The notes under the pieces: generated by a model
What the model was told of the DNA's origin: nothing
Seen by the model: only the letters and a program-made list of their open reading frames with translations
Database searches by the model: none
Program-made: the position numbers and the translations under genes
Origin: Macrostomum lignano
Lineage: Eukaryota
DNA length: 64,000 bases
Direction: 5' to 3'
Assembly (NCBI GenBank): GCA_002269645.1
Contig: NIVC01000750.1
Location: 129,915 to 193,914, forward strand
Part shown: piece by piece, positions 37,605 through 51,064 of the stretch
Position numbering within the stretch: position 1 is the stretch's first letter
Layout: the number at the start of each line of letters is the position of its first letter

Positions 37605-38085
37605 CAACATCTAAACAATCCCCCCGTAAGCCTCGACATCTCAGCAATTCTCCCCGGTAAGCCTCGACATCTCAGCAATTCTCCCCGGTAAGCCTTGACA
37701 TCTCAGCAATTCCCCCCAGTAAGCCTTGACATCTCAGCGATTCTCCCCGGTAAGCCTTGACATCTCAGCAATTCTCCCCAGTAAGCCTTGACATCTCAGC
37801 AATTCTCTCCGGTAAGCCTTGACATCTCAGCGATTCTCCCCGGTAAGCCTTGACATCTCAGCAATTCCCCCGGTAAGCCTCGACATCTCAGCAATTCTCC
37901 CCGGTAAGCCTTGACATCTCAGCAATTCCCTCCAGTAAGCCTTGACATCTCAGCAATTCCCCCCAGTAAGCCTTGACATCTCAGCGATTCTCCCCGGTAA
38001 GCCTTGACATCTCAGCAATTCCCCCGGTAAGCCTTGACATCTCAACATTTCCCTCCGGTAAGCCTCGTCATCTCAGCAATTCCCT
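37605..38085. repeat. 31-bp minisatellite GTAAGCCTTGACATCTCAGCAATTCTCCCCG
   Basis: Same family as 46965-47365. Confidence 0.95.
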
Positions 38086-38739
38086 CATGACATAAGGCAT
38101 TGCCGCCTTGCCAAACTCTATAAATAGGAGCTTTAGTACTCCATGAACAGCATACCAGTTAGTCTGCCTGAATATTAAACCTTTTCACAAAGCTTTCAAC
38201 GTTCGAAGCTGGGCCGGTATAGGATGCGAAGAGGGTATTAACGGCAAGACCTACCGCGATGGGTGCAGTTGGCTTACCATATTGTCTGTTCAGCTCCCCT
38301 CCCCTGACAAAGTGGGGGATGGGGAAATATTGAAACCTAGGGGTAAGGGACGCTATTGAACCAGTTGCGTGGCTAAAATGTAACGTGCTGTTTTAAAAAT
38401 TGTTTATACAATATAACCTAAATCATTGGTCTTGAAAAAATGATTTAATTTGTTTGTTTTAACGGTAGCCTCCTGTATTGCAGCTAATGCTAAGAAATAT
38501 TCCCAAGTGGCTCAGGGTACCTTCACTTACATGTAAGTGGTCTTCCTTCACTTCCAATCACTTAGCATTGGCTTGTGCCAATGAATGTGTTTCAATTATT
38601 GTTTGATGCAAAATGATCAGCCATGAGCAATGATGTCCATAATCTCTACATGTGTAAGTATGTTCCTATGTACATGCTTTGTCATAGATGTGCATGTGTC
38701 TGGGTATGTCTCTAGGTTTATCTCTGTGTATGTTTCTAA

Positions 38740-39345
38740 TACATGTGTGTCTCTGGGTCTGTCTCTAATATGTCTCTGGGTATGTCTCTGGGTATGTCTC
38801 TGGGTATGTCTCTGGGTACGTATTTGTCTCTGGGTGGGTCTCTAGATATGACTCGGGGTATTTGTCTCTGGGTGTGTCTCTAGATATGACTCGGGGTATT
38901 TGTCTCTGGGTGTGTCTCTAGATATGTCTCTGGGTATTTGTCTCTGGGTGTGTCTCTAGATTTGTCTCTGGGTATTTGTCTCTGGGTGTGTCTCTAGATA
39001 TGTCTCTGGGTATTTGTCTCTGGGTGTGTCTCTAGATATGTCTCTGGGTATTTGTCTCTGGGTGTGTCTCTAGATATGTCTCTGGGTATTTGTCTCTGGG
39101 TGTGTCTCTAGATATGTCTCTGGGTATTTGTCTCTGGGTGTGTCTCTAGATATGTCTCTGGGTATTTGTCTCTGGGTGTGTCTCTAGATATGACTCGGGG
39201 TATTTCTTTGGGTATTTGTCTCTGGATGTGTCTCTCAATGTCTCTGGATATGTCTCTGGGTATGTCCCTGGTATGTCTCTAATATGTCTCTGGGTATGTC
39301 CCTGGTATGTCTCTAATATGTCTCTGGGTGTGTCTCTGGGTATGT
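38740..39345. repeat. TGTCTCTGGG/TCTCTAGATA composite repeat (12-bp subunits, ~38-bp higher order)
   Basis: Direct reading. Confidence 0.9.
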
Positions 39346-39729
39346 CTTTGCTTTTCGCACCAGTTTTCGTTCATTCAACGAGAGAGGTGGCAGCGCAACT
39401 CTCCTAGAAAAAGTGGCAGTCTCTACCGGCCGAGAGCTCCAGGAAAAATGAAATTAAACAAAATTGGCCAAATTTATCAACCCGATAAGCCAGCCGGGGC
39501 TGTGAAACGCTTGAACACTCGCTGATTAGTTGGCTGCCAGTCAGGCCGATGCCATGGACTGCTACAGTTAGAATATTGGCTAGGATTCTTTTCTCAAACA
39601 GCATTCTCAAATTGACTTGAAAAGGAAATTTACCAATATGTAGAGTACCTAATTGGGTGATACTGCTGGGGTGAACTTTCTGGGAAAATCCTGTCGGGCC
39701 TTCATCATCAGAATGTATTTCAGCAGACA

Positions 39730-40200
39730 GAGAGGGAGGGAGGGTGAGAGGTAGACAGAGAGGTGGAGGGAAGCGCAGAGGTAGAGAGAGGTAAAGAGAG
39801 GTAGAGGGAAAGGTGATGAGGCAAAGAGAGGTAAAGAGAGGTAGGTAGAGGGAAGGGAGGAGAGGTAGAGAGAGGCAAAGAGAGGTAGAGGGAAGGGAGG
39901 AGAGGTAGAGAGAGGCAAAGAGAGGTAGAGGGAAGGGATTAGAGGTAGAGAGAGGTAAAGAGAGGTAGAGGGAAGGGAGGAGAGGTAGAGAGAGGCAAAG
40001 AGAGGTAGAGGGAAGGGAGGAGAGGTAGAGAGAGGCAAAGAGAGGTAGAGGGAAGGGAGGAGAGGTAGAGAGAGGTAGAGGGAAGGGAGGAGAGGTAGAG
40101 AGAGATATATAGAGAGGCAAAGAGAGGTAGAGGGAAGGGAGGAGAGATAGAGAGAGGTAGAGGGAAGGGAGGAGAGGTAGAGAGAGGTATATAGAGAGAG
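39730..40200. repeat. Purine-rich AGAGAGGTAG-type repeat
   Basis: Direct reading. Confidence 0.88.
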
Positions 40201-40721
40201 GTAGCAGGGAAACTTAAGGCTTGGAGAGCCGCGCCAGTTCCAATTCTGTCGAACGCAGTGACAGTTAGCCCGCACCTCTGTTAAATTTGTTTAGCATTGG
40301 CAATAAGTGTTCGCCCATCGGGCCATGCTGCTGAAACCCCCAAAACGGTGCTGCACGGCTCCATGTCTCCCCAGAGACTGCGGCCTCGTGGTTATCGAAT
40401 AAAACATAGCTCTAAAGAGTTAGTATAGTAATTAACTTTTGAGAACACGGGCCACTGGGGCTGCTATAGCGAGGAGTTTTCTTATCTCACACTGTTATAG
40501 CAGTTCGAGTCCCCGGTTCCCCTGGGGCTGGGGGGGGGGGTTACTCGGAGTGGACGAGGTGCGATCCGGCAAGTGATTTTCATCAACAGGAGGAGGGACC
40601 CACTGAGGCAAATAATAATTGGTTTCGCAGCAGAAGTCAGGTGCTCCCCAGTGGCCGATCGGTGGGGTCTCGTTGATCGACATCGACTTTTACTGTCGCC
40701 GGTATAGACGACTGATACTAA

Positions 40722-41760
40722 GTGGACATTTTAAGCGGAAAATGGAAATTCGGGTGCCAAAGTGGACATTTCGGTGCCAAAGTGGACATCTCGGTAGCCA
40801 AAGTGGACATTTTAAGCGGAAAATGGAAATTCGGGTGCCAAAGTGGACATTTCGGTGCCAAAGTGGACATCTCGGTAGCCAAAGTGGACATTTTAAGCGG
40901 AAAATGGAAATTCGGGTGCCAAAGTGGACATTTCGGTGCCAAAGTGGACATCTCGGTAGCCAAAGTGGACATTTCGGTAGCCAAAGTGAACATTTCGGTG
41001 CCAAAGTGGACATCTCCGTAGCCAAAGTGGACATCTGGTACCAAAGTGGACATTTCGGTGCCAAAGTGGACATCTCCGTAGCCAAAGTGGACATCTGGTA
41101 CCAAAGTGGACATTTCGGTGCCAAAGTGGACATTTGGTAGCCAAAGTGGACATTTCGGTGCCAAAGTGGACATTTAGTAGCCAAAGTGGACATCTGGTAC
41201 CAAAGTGGACATTTCGGTAGCCAAAGTGGACATTTCGGTAGCCGAAGTGGACATTTCGGTAGCCAAAGTGGACATTTCGGTGCCAAAGTGGACATTTCGG
41301 TAGCCAAAGTGGACATCTGGTACCAAAGTGGACATTTCGGTAGCCAAAGTGGACATCTGGTACCAAAGTGGACATTTCGGTAGCCAAAGTGGACATTTCG
41401 ATGCCAAAGTGAACATTTCGGTAGCCAAAGTGGACATTTCGGTAGCCAAAGTGGACATTTCGGTGCCAAAGGGGACATTTCGGTAGCCAAAGTGGACATC
41501 TGGTACCAAAGTGGACATTTCGGTAGCCAAAGTGGACATCTCGGTACCAAAGTGGACATTTCGGTAGCCAAAGTGGACATTTCGATGCCAAAGTGAACAT
41601 TTCGGTAGCCAAAGTGGACATTTCGGTAGCCAAAGTGGACATTTCGGTGCCAAAGGGGACATTTCGGTAGCCAAAGTGGACATCTGGTACCAAAGTGGAC
41701 ATTTCGGTAGCCAAAGTGGACATCTCGGTGCCAAAGTGGACATTTCGGTTGCTAAAGTGG
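40722..41760. repeat. 20-21-bp minisatellite GCCAAAGTGGACATTTCGGTA
   Basis: About 50 copies; source of the MSTLATE ORFs. Confidence 0.96.
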
Positions 41761-42795
41761 AGTTTGAGCGAAAAAGCGGATATTTCTTCTAGTAGCCAAA
41801 AGTAGACATTTTACGCCCTGCAGGTTTTGATGTCCACCATACGGGGAATCAGCAGAAAAAGGCAAATGAATTTTAATGCCCGTATATGTATATAACGTAC
41901 AGTTCAAATAAGCACTCTACACAATAAGTAGTTTCAAGTCAAATTAAAACATTTTATTTTTATATATTCGTGTTACCAAATGTAAATTTATACACAAAAC
42001 ATTTATTATAACGGCAAACAACAAATCGAAAACGGAAAGCAGACGTACAGATGCAACAAATTTATAAATAGTTTGGAAGGAACGGCATATTTATCGTCAC
42101 GATAATTAAATATAATGGAACAAACTGGAGAAGGGGACAGCATGTCGATCGGTTTAATTTCTAGTTGAGTTAATGCAAAAAAATAAATAATAAAAACGCG
42201 AAATGTTAAAGAAATCTTCAAAAGTCATGGGAAATATGTTTTAATTGGTTTAAAAAGCTGGAACCAACTGTTACTTTAAATTTTGGTTAAACTGAACTTC
42301 TTTTGTGTGTCATTTTATTCTTCTTTTGTTTTGTTAAACTGAACACTTAAAATAAGTTATTATCTTCTATTTGCTTATATTGGTGATTGATGAAGATTTT
42401 ACTTATACTTAGCTACGATATAAATATATTAAATCTATTTGTTAGTTTTTATTTATCTTTCTGATTTAATCAATCAAATTAGAAATAATTTTAAATTTCA
42501 AACATTTTACAGATTAAAACTTCTAACCGAGCAAAGCGGCTCATAAACTTTTGTCTTAAACTGTATAACACTACTATAAACTATAGTTTTTTGCCATGCT
42601 TGTGTTATAAATCTGCAAAATTGTACAAATTTGAATAAAATTATTTAAAAATTAATTCTATCGCGTCACGTTTCTGAAGATGTTTATACGTGGGAGCAAG
42701 GATGAAGATGGTTGGATATAATATTTTTTAATTAAAATTTTCACGTTAGTTAGGGATTAAAAATTCAATAAGCAGTCATTTATTCGAAAATTGTC

Positions 42796-44684
42796 TCAAC
42801 AGGTTTGCGGCGGTTCAAGTCTTCGGCGTCGTCCGCCGCTACTGGAAGAAGAAGAATTAGCGGCGGAAGTCGCAGGAGCAGTTGAGGTCGCTGCTGTTGC
42901 TGATGACGGAGGCGGCTCTTTGAAGGACAGGAGGCCGGACACTGCTGCCAAAGCCGCGAACTCTAAGCAGGGCAGTTGAGTAGAAAAAATTGGGAACTTT
43001 GACTTCTAGTCGAGTTCATTATTTTCTCTGAAGGCTAAAGCCTATAGACAGCGCTCCCACCCAGACACAGCGGCCCCTCCCCCGGGGTTAGCGCCCCTCC
43101 ATCAAGGGACAGTGCTATCCCCACCCAGGGACAGCGCCCCACACCCAGGGACAGCACCCCCACCCAGGGACAGTGCCCCCCACCCAGGGACAGCACCCCC
43201 ACCCAGGAACAGTGTCCCCCACTCAGGGACAGCGCCCCCCCCCACCCAGAGACAGTGCCCCCCACCCAGGGACAGCGCCCCTCCCTGCCCCTATACTGTC
43301 TCATTTATTCTCAACCTACCTGTCTATCTCTCAACCTTCATTCTATTTTTAGAAAGCAACGCATGATGTCACTCACCGAAATCCTGCTGACTCAGAAAGT
43401 GTTTCGATAAGCGCAGCTTCTCAAACTCGGCCTCTTGCAGTCGTTTCTCCTTGGCTCGCCGATTTTGAAACCAAATTTTTACCTGAGTCTCAGTTAGACT
43501 AAGCCTTGATGAGAATTCCGCGCGCTCTGAGTAGGGGGGGGGCAGTGTTTTGTTGGGGAACATATAGACTCAGCAATAGACTCAGCAGTAGACTCAGCAA
43601 TAGACCCAGCAATAGACTCAGCAATAGACTCAGCAATAGACTCAGCAATAGATTCCACAATAGACTCAGCAATAGACTCAACCATAAGGTTTCTATGAGA
43701 GACTCATTTTGAGAACCGACTCAATAGTCGATAGGTAGGTAGGTAGGTAGGTAGGTAGGTAGGTAGGTAGGTAGGTAGGTAGGTAGGTAGGTAGGTAGGT
43801 AGGTAGGTAGGTAGGTAGGTAGGTAAGTAGGTAGGTAGGTAGGTAGGTAGGTAGGTAGGTAGGTAGGTAGGTAGGTAGGTAGGTAGGTAGGTAGGTAGGT
43901 AGGTAGGTAGGTAGGTAGGTAGGTAGGTAGGTAGGTAGGTAGGTAGGTAGGTAGGTAGGTAGGTAGGTAGGTAGGTAGGTAGGTAGGTAGTAGGGTGAGA
44001 TTTTAATGGAAGCGGCTTAAAAGTAGGTTGAGATTTTGAGGGGGGAGACTCTAAGGTAGAGGGTGTGATTTCCAGAGGAGAGCCTCAAACAATCAATTTT
44101 ATAAACCTCATTGACAGTTGGCTGCAGAGTTGCTTCAAAACTGACAGCGGCAAGTCCTCTAGGAGCAATTTTGTTGACAGAAAAAGCGCCGATGCATGAG
44201 TAAAAGCCCCGCAGTCCAAACCCTCTATGGCGCACCACCCCTACCAAAGTGGCTGACGATTAATTAATTTTCACTTTTCAAGCCCGACCCGCCCTCCTGT
44301 CAGAAGTTTGCGTCACTCGCCGAGGTATTTATTTGAAGCCGAAAGTCTAATAATTAAATACCGATCGGTGCACCTTTCCTCTTGCGAGCATGGGAGCTCA
44401 GGGAATCATTAATCTGCGAGTACTGAGCTGTTTAAAATTCTGTTTTATATAAGTTGCGAACCCGGTTGACTAAGCTTCATTTATACAAACCAGGAAATAT
44501 TTCCATTGATTTCTAATTTCTCTACAAGTTCTGTAGGGCTTCTGTTTAAATCAATCACAGATTAATATGGGGTCCATGCAGAAATTTGCATATTTGTCTG
44601 CAAAATCAATTAAATATTTGCAGCTGAGTGACTCGGGCGTGCACGATGGATTTGAATGCCTGCCTCTCTGTCTGTCTGCCTGCT

Positions 44685-44737
<53 letters not shown>

Positions 44738-44780
44738 GCCTGTCTGTCTGCTTGTTTGTCTGTCTGTCTGTCTGCCTGCT

Positions 44781-44847
<67 letters not shown>

Positions 44848-44858
44848 GTGTCTGTGTG

Positions 44859-44935
<77 letters not shown>

Positions 44936-44948
44936 GGCTGTCTGTCTG

Positions 44949-44997
<49 letters not shown>

Positions 44998-45074
44998 GCC
45001 TGTCTGTCTGTCTGCCTGTCTGTCTGTCTGCCTGTCTGTCTGTCTGCCTGTCTGTCTGTCTGCCTGTCTGTCTA

Positions 45075-45108
<34 letters not shown>

Positions 45109-45775
45109 GGTCTGTTTGCCTGTCTGTCTGCCTGTCTGTCTGTCTGTCCGTGTCGGTCTGGCTATTCCAAACTTATGAAAATTATATTTACAAACATAAT
45201 ACTAACAAGTTAGGAAAATTACCCCCTCCAGAACAGCCAAAAATGCATATTAAAAAGTGGTTAAGCTTCGATTAAATTGCTGAACTAGTAGTGCATTGCA
45301 GCATCAAAAAAGATCCCATCGAAGACCATAATCCTTAGAAAAATGAATAAAAGTGAATAATTTCCAACGCCATGCCGGGCAGCTCACCTGCAATAGACAG
45401 GTACCGCTTGGACACAAACTTGGACTCAAGCTCCATCAGCTGTTGAGTTGTGAATGGAGTTCTGGGCTTCCTATTGGCTTTGTGCTTTCGCAGCGGGCAC
45501 CGCTGCTGGGTGTTGCTGCAGCCGCCGCCGCCGCCACCGCCGCCGCCAAAGGCACTGAGCATGGAAGCCAAACTTGGCCTTTGCTGTGTCGTCTGCTGCA
45601 TCAACTGCATCCAAGAGGCAGAAGTGGAAATCTGCTGCTGCTGCTGCACCGCAGGCGAAGAAGCCGGTGCCGATGCAAGCAGGTCATCGATGCCAAACGA
45701 CGTGAACCGTTTTCCACTGCTGTCCATCGCTTGATTGCCTTCTTCAACTGTTCTGTGCAGGCTCATGGAGTACAC
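42796..45775 (-). CDS. Msx: Msx/msh homeobox transcription factor, 3 coding exons
   Basis: Exons 45775-45388, 43526-43377, 42962-42796 (both introns phase 1, GT-AG). eh1-like [10 protein letters not shown], then [37 protein letters not shown]|[40 protein letters not shown], diagnostic of Msx. The start could be 45775 or the later Met (MDSSG). Confidence 0.95.
43085..43285. repeat. 20-bp minisatellite CCCACCCAGGGACAGCGCCC
   Basis: Msx intron 2. Confidence 0.9.
43567..43682. repeat. 12-bp repeat CTCAGCAATAGA
   Basis: Msx intron 1, near the acceptor. Confidence 0.9.
43733..43990. repeat. (TAGG)n microsatellite
   Basis: Nearly pure; Msx intron 1. Confidence 0.98.
44665..45150. repeat. (CTGT)n microsatellite
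   Basis: Msx intron 1. Confidence 0.97.
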
Positions 45776-46964
45776 CTGAGCAGAGAGAAGCTCCTCTTTA
45801 ATAAGAAGACTCTGGGCTGCTTCGTATTGGGGTGGGGGGAATTTATTGGCTGGGCGGCCTGTCGTGGAAAAGGAATCAAGGCGCTACTTCCGCAATTTAT
45901 ATTCCAAAACTGACTCACGCCGTAGCGCGGGGGCTGTTGAGCTCGTCAAAAATCTTTTGAGCAGTATATTTTTTCTATAACTCAACTCTGACTTCAATAA
46001 CGCGGGCTGCTATTGTAACTTAATGGTTTAATTTGTGCTTTTCTTTATCTAGTCTTGACGGGGACCTTGACGAATTGGCAGAGGTTATTAAAATGCCGCC
46101 AATTTACCTGACACCCTATTGTTGCGGCTGCGAAAGTAGAGATTATCTCGATATTAAAATATGAACGATGGAGGCCGCAGAAATTTTTATTGGCGGACTG
46201 CTTTCCGGACTTGGCGGGCCTCGGGGCTGAGAGGAAATTAGCAATTTTCTGGGAGACGGGTCACCACTTTATTCAGCTTCCTGCATGGAGCCGAGATCAA
46301 CAAAAAATCTTAGCCCATTGGCCCGCTATCTGACCGGGGGAGCGGTGAGCGTCATCTCATTGGCTGGTAAGCCGGGGGCCAGCCTCCGGTTCAGGGACGT
46401 CTAAAAATAGCACACAGCTGGACTAGAAAGTCAATATTTTTTCTTAGAAATGATCTAGAGAACATCCATTAGACTAAATTCGGAGAAATTTGCGAAATCT
46501 ATCGGGCTATGCAGTTTGAAATAGAATTTATGAGACGCTGGTGACAATAGGTATATAGAGAACTCTCCAAAGCCAAGTCACTTTTACAACAGCTTCAAAT
46601 AGTTATCAAAGACGTGACGCAACCCAGAATGCAACTGCCTCGAGGCTTCACAATGACAATACAATACCGTTGAAAGCTACGCTCGTATTATTAAACTGTA
46701 GGCTGTGATGTTTGCTTGTCTGAATCAATTTTACGAGTGTTTGCGTGTAAATTAACAAAAAATGGACTAGAAGAACATATGCTGCCTTCATTTGACTGCC
46801 AGCCATTTAGAATAAGGTTAGGGGTTTACATGTACAAATAGAAGTATTGCATGGCGCCATAGTTATATAGACTAGCCATCAGAGCCCCCCGTTGGGGAGA
46901 CAACAAAGGATGGAATAATTTTTTTGAATAAACTACATGTAGCTTCTGACCGCTCAGTCTTAAC

Positions 46965-47365
46965 ATCCCAGCAATTCCCTCAGTGAGACTTGACATCTCA
47001 GCCATTCCCCTCGTAAGCATTGACATCCCAGCAATTCCCTCAGTGAGCCTTGACATCTCAGCAATTCCCCTCGTAAGCATTGACATCTCAGCAATTCCCT
47101 CCGTAAGCCTTGACATCTCAGCAATTCCCTCCGTAAGCCTTGACATCTCAGCCATTCCCCTCGTAAGCATTGACATCTCAGCAATTCCCTCCGTAAGCCT
47201 TGACATCTCAGCAATTCCCTCCGTAAGCCTTGACATCTCAGCCATTCCCCTCGTAAGCATTGACATCTCAGCAATTCCCTCCGTAAGCCTTGACATCTCA
47301 GCAATTCCCTCAGTAAGCCTTGACATCTCAGCCAATCCCCTCATAAGCCTTGACATCTCAGCAAT
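46965..47365. repeat. 30-bp minisatellite CCGTAAGCCTTGACATCTCAGCAATTCCCT
   Basis: About 13 copies ~1.2 kb upstream of Msx. Confidence 0.95.
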
Positions 47366-48143
47366 CTTTAATCGTTAATGTTTATACCACATGATGCTTT
47401 TTAATTTTTTGAATATGTTAAAGTTTGGTTAAGAGGAAGCTGCAGTAGCGAGTACAAGAGGAACCACATTTATAGAGGGGCTCTCGTGGGGGCGCCATCT
47501 CGTGGGGGCGCCAGAAAAGTGGGAAATCTGCGCCATATTTTTCCCAGCCGCGGCCCCCCCAGGCCAGTTGCTATTGCTACACACCAGATCTTTTGTTTAC
47601 AGTCTCCTTGACTCAGTTAATGCTCCTTAATGCTGCCCCCAATGAACAGGAAAGAAGGCCTGCAGGGCTGATGAAGGGGTAGGGAGAGAGTCTGGAAAGA
47701 CGCTATAGGGCTTCTACGTTCGATAGGTAGGCTGGGGGGCGGCACACCGTTATGCTAATTGCTAACGGAACTGTCTCGCTTTTTATTCTGGCTTTTTATT
47801 GCCAGAGTGAGTCGACTTATTCGTATATGATGCGTGCGTCTTTTGCTTTATAGCTCGTACAGTTGATAGAAGAATAGAATAGACGCCAGTGATTGTGCTC
47901 AATGGGTAAATTGTGCTGAGCCCTATGTGCTGTGCTCATGCAAGCTTAGCCTAAAATACGAGCTAAGTCACGTCACCATGTAGGGATTTGAGCACAGGCC
48001 GGGAGGCATGGAATGTGACACTCCCTCAAAAATGGGGCCCATGCAGGCCAGTACGTTTAAAAGAACAGCTTCACATGAGGTGGACGGAGAAATCTTGCCA
48101 TCTGTAGGTACAAATTTTCTGCATGTCCATGTCGTCCACTCTT

Positions 48144-48478
48144 GGGGTTGCTTTCCCAAGCTCGAAATTTCACAACCTCGAAAAGCACTTCCTTTCACAA
48201 ACCCGAAACTTCACAAGCTCGAAATTTCACAACCTCGAAACCAGTTACTTTCATAAGCTCGAAATTTCACAACCTCGAAAACCATTTTAGCAGCCACTTT
48301 CACAAACTCGAAACTTCATAAGCTCGAAATTTCATATCCTCGAAAATTTTAGCAGGCGACTTCACAAGCTGCTAAAAACAGTTTTCGAGGTTGTGAAATT
48401 TCGAGCTTGTGAAGTTTCGGGTTTGTGAAAGGAAGTGCTTTTCGAGGTTGTGAAATTTCGAGCTTGTGAAGCGACCCC
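48144..48478. mobile_element. Foldback-type MITE (~335 bp) with ~100 bp TIRs
   Basis: Termini GGGGTTGC...GCGACCCC with near-perfect long inverted arms built from AAGCTCGAAATTTCACAACCTCGAAA subunits, flanked by the direct repeat CACTCTT (48137-48143 and 48479-48485). Confidence 0.85.
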
Positions 48479-49332
48479 CACTCTTGTGACGCAGAAAAGT
48501 TATTTTACTTCAATAGTTCTTACTGACACAAAGTACTCGTATCTATAGAGATACCTGGTAATAATGAGAAATATGAGAAAGAGAGAAATGAGAGTGAGAG
48601 ATGAAAAAGTTGAGAAATAGAGAGATGAGAAAGAAAAAGATAAGAAATATTCCAACTATTGCTGATTACTGTTATAATAGAATCGCGCGAGGTGTTCCAG
48701 CATTTGTCACATCACATATTATGCGCACAACAACTAATGGCAAAGCGAGGCGGAGGGTCACACGGGCACACAAAGCAGCGATTCTACGTTGGGAGTGCCT
48801 TCGCATTTTGAGTGTCCTCTAATTAGCTGTTGAGAATAAAATACAGCTTTATACTAAATTTTGTCTAGTCTAGAAAAATGGAATTTAAGATCTAAATCTT
48901 ATCAAACTTACAGATAACTTAGACAAGATGAGCAATAAATAATGTACTTAAGACGCGCTGCATGCGCTGCTAACCGCAATGAGCTTGAGAAAGCCAGGCA
49001 GTATTAGAAAAGGAAAATGAGATCTGGATTGGACAGCTAAATTCAGTTGATTTTTGTATACTTTTTCTAAAACTTAAGCCAGGGACCACTGAAATTTCCT
49101 CCCATTCACCTGTACCCGGTTAGCCTTAAAGTTTTAAAGAAAACGTCACGTATAATCAGTTAGAGGAGAGCTCCGTTTCCAGTCCAGACGTCTAGCCTGA
49201 ATAGTCCATGGCCCAGAACTCAACGTCCACCGCATCGGTGTAGGAAACTGGGCCAGTGCGTTCACACAATAGAATTTTGTAATTATTTAATTAATATTCT
49301 AATTATAAGCACAGATGCTACGAGCGTACAAT

Positions 49333-50498
49333 CAGGCGCGTCGCCACCGAGGGTGGGACAGGGGGAAATGCCCCCCTCCAGTAAAAACTATGGGGGACAT
49401 GCCACCCCCACCTTGTGATACATCGTGGTAATCAAATAACTTTTCTTCAGGGCGCCAGAATATAGCGCCTTCGGCGTCAAAATGAGTGCCTTCGGCGCTA
49501 AAATGAGTGCCTTCGGCGCTAAAATGAGTGCCTTCGGCGCTAAAATGAGTGCCTGCGGCGCTAAAATGAGTGCCTTCGGCGCCAAAATGAGTGCCTTCGG
49601 CGCCAAAATGAGTGCCTTCGGCGCTAAAATGAGTGCCTGCGGCGCTAAAATGAGTGCCTGCGGCGCTAAAATGAGTGCCTGCGGCGCTAAAATGAGTGCC
49701 TTCGGCGCTAAAATGAGTGCCTGCGGCGCTAAAATGAGTGCCTTCGGCGCTAAAATGAGTGCCTGCGGCGCTAAAATGAGTGCCTTCGGCGCTAAAATGA
49801 GTGCCTGCGGCGCTAAAATGAGTGCCTTCGGCGCTAAAATGAGTGCCTTCGGCGCTAAAATGAGTGCCTTCGGCGCCAAAATGAGTGCCTGCGGCGCCAA
49901 AATGAGTGCCTTCGGCGCCAAAATGAGTGCCTTCGGCGCCAAAATGAGTGCCTGCGGCGCCAAAATGAGTGCCTTCGGCGCTAAAATGAGTGCCTGCGGC
50001 GCTAAAATGAGTGCCTTCGGCGCTAAAATGAGTGCCTGCGGCGCTAAAATGAGTGCCTTCGGCGCCAAAATGATTGCCTGTGGCGCTAAAATGAGTGCCT
50101 TCGGCGCCAAAATGAGTGCCTGCGGCGCCAAAATGAGTGCCTTCGGCGCTAAAATGAGTGCCTGCGGCGCCAAAATGAGTGCCTTCGGCGCTAAAATGAT
50201 TGCCTGCGGCGCTAAAATGAGTGCCTTCGGCGCTAAAATGATTGCCTGCGGCGCCAAAATGAGTGCCTTCGGCGCTAAAATGAGTGCCTGCGGCGCTAAA
50301 ATGAGTGCCTTCGGCGCTAAAATGATTGCCTGCGGCGCTAAAATGAGTGCCTTCGGCGCCAAAATGAGTGCCTGCGGCGCTAAAATGAGCGCTGACAACA
50401 CCGATTCTCAAAATAATGGAAATGTAGAAGTTTAGTCATGTACATGTTGAATTCTTGGTTTTGTACCCCCCCACCATCAAATCCATGGCGACGCCCTA
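49333..50498. mobile_element. hAT-like MITE containing an expanded 21-bp hairpin minisatellite
   Basis: Imperfect short TIRs CAGGCGCGTCGCCA / TGGCGACGCCCTA and G/C-run subterminal blocks. The putative 8-bp TSD matches only 5/8. Confidence 0.55.
49470..50392. repeat. 21-bp minisatellite AAAATGAGTGCCTTCGGCGCT
   Basis: About 44 copies inside the hAT-like MITE. Confidence 0.97.
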
Positions 50499-51064
50499 GC
50501 TATAATCCAATATACTAAAAATGGTCTGTCGGTATGTGTGTGTGTGTATGTGTGTGTGTGTGTGATCGATTTTAGCAAAAACGGCTCAACCGATTTTCTT
50601 CGAACTTGCACTGTTCGATCAGAAATTTTCCCGTGACAGTACATGCATCGTGGCTAAGAAATTGCTTGATGCTAAAGGGATTAAATATTCGAAAAACATG
50701 CTTTTTTGCAAAGGTCAAGCAGCTCTTTCGACTTGAAATGCATCGTAAGAATGCTAGCAGAAAAACTGACTGGTTGAATTCTGATTCTGAAATAGATTGC
50801 ATCACAATACACTTTATTTATCGTCTGTGTACTGGCTGAATTTGACACTCAATTGAATTGCGTCACAGCTTTGAGTGTGAAAGCATAGCGCAGTACTGAA
50901 TTTATATTACGTAACCATATTGTAAACTTTCATAGACACTGGTACTGACTTGCCTAAGAAATTGATTATGTCATAACTGCTTCGTGAGACTTTTTACTCT
51001 ACCTGACTTGGTGTGAGTGTTGAATTATATAAGTGGTACAACATCACTGATAACTTCGATGAGA

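Noticed and set aside
40455-40515. tRNA or pre-miRNA-like segment with GTTCGAGTCCC and a CTGCTATA/TATAGCAG stem
   Set aside because: No cloverleaf, and the stem is too short and interrupted to call.
40619-41743. MSTLATE / KVDIW ORFs
   Set aside because: Translations of the 20-21-bp array. The flanks were checked for TIRs and none was convincing.
42791-42979. Plus-strand 62-aa ORF
   Set aside because: Antisense shadow of Msx exon 3. The ORFs at 10355-11165 likewise shadow the transposase.
49332-50435. AEGTHFS / LILAPKA / MSAFGAK ORFs
   Set aside because: Translations of the 21-bp hairpin array in the MITE.
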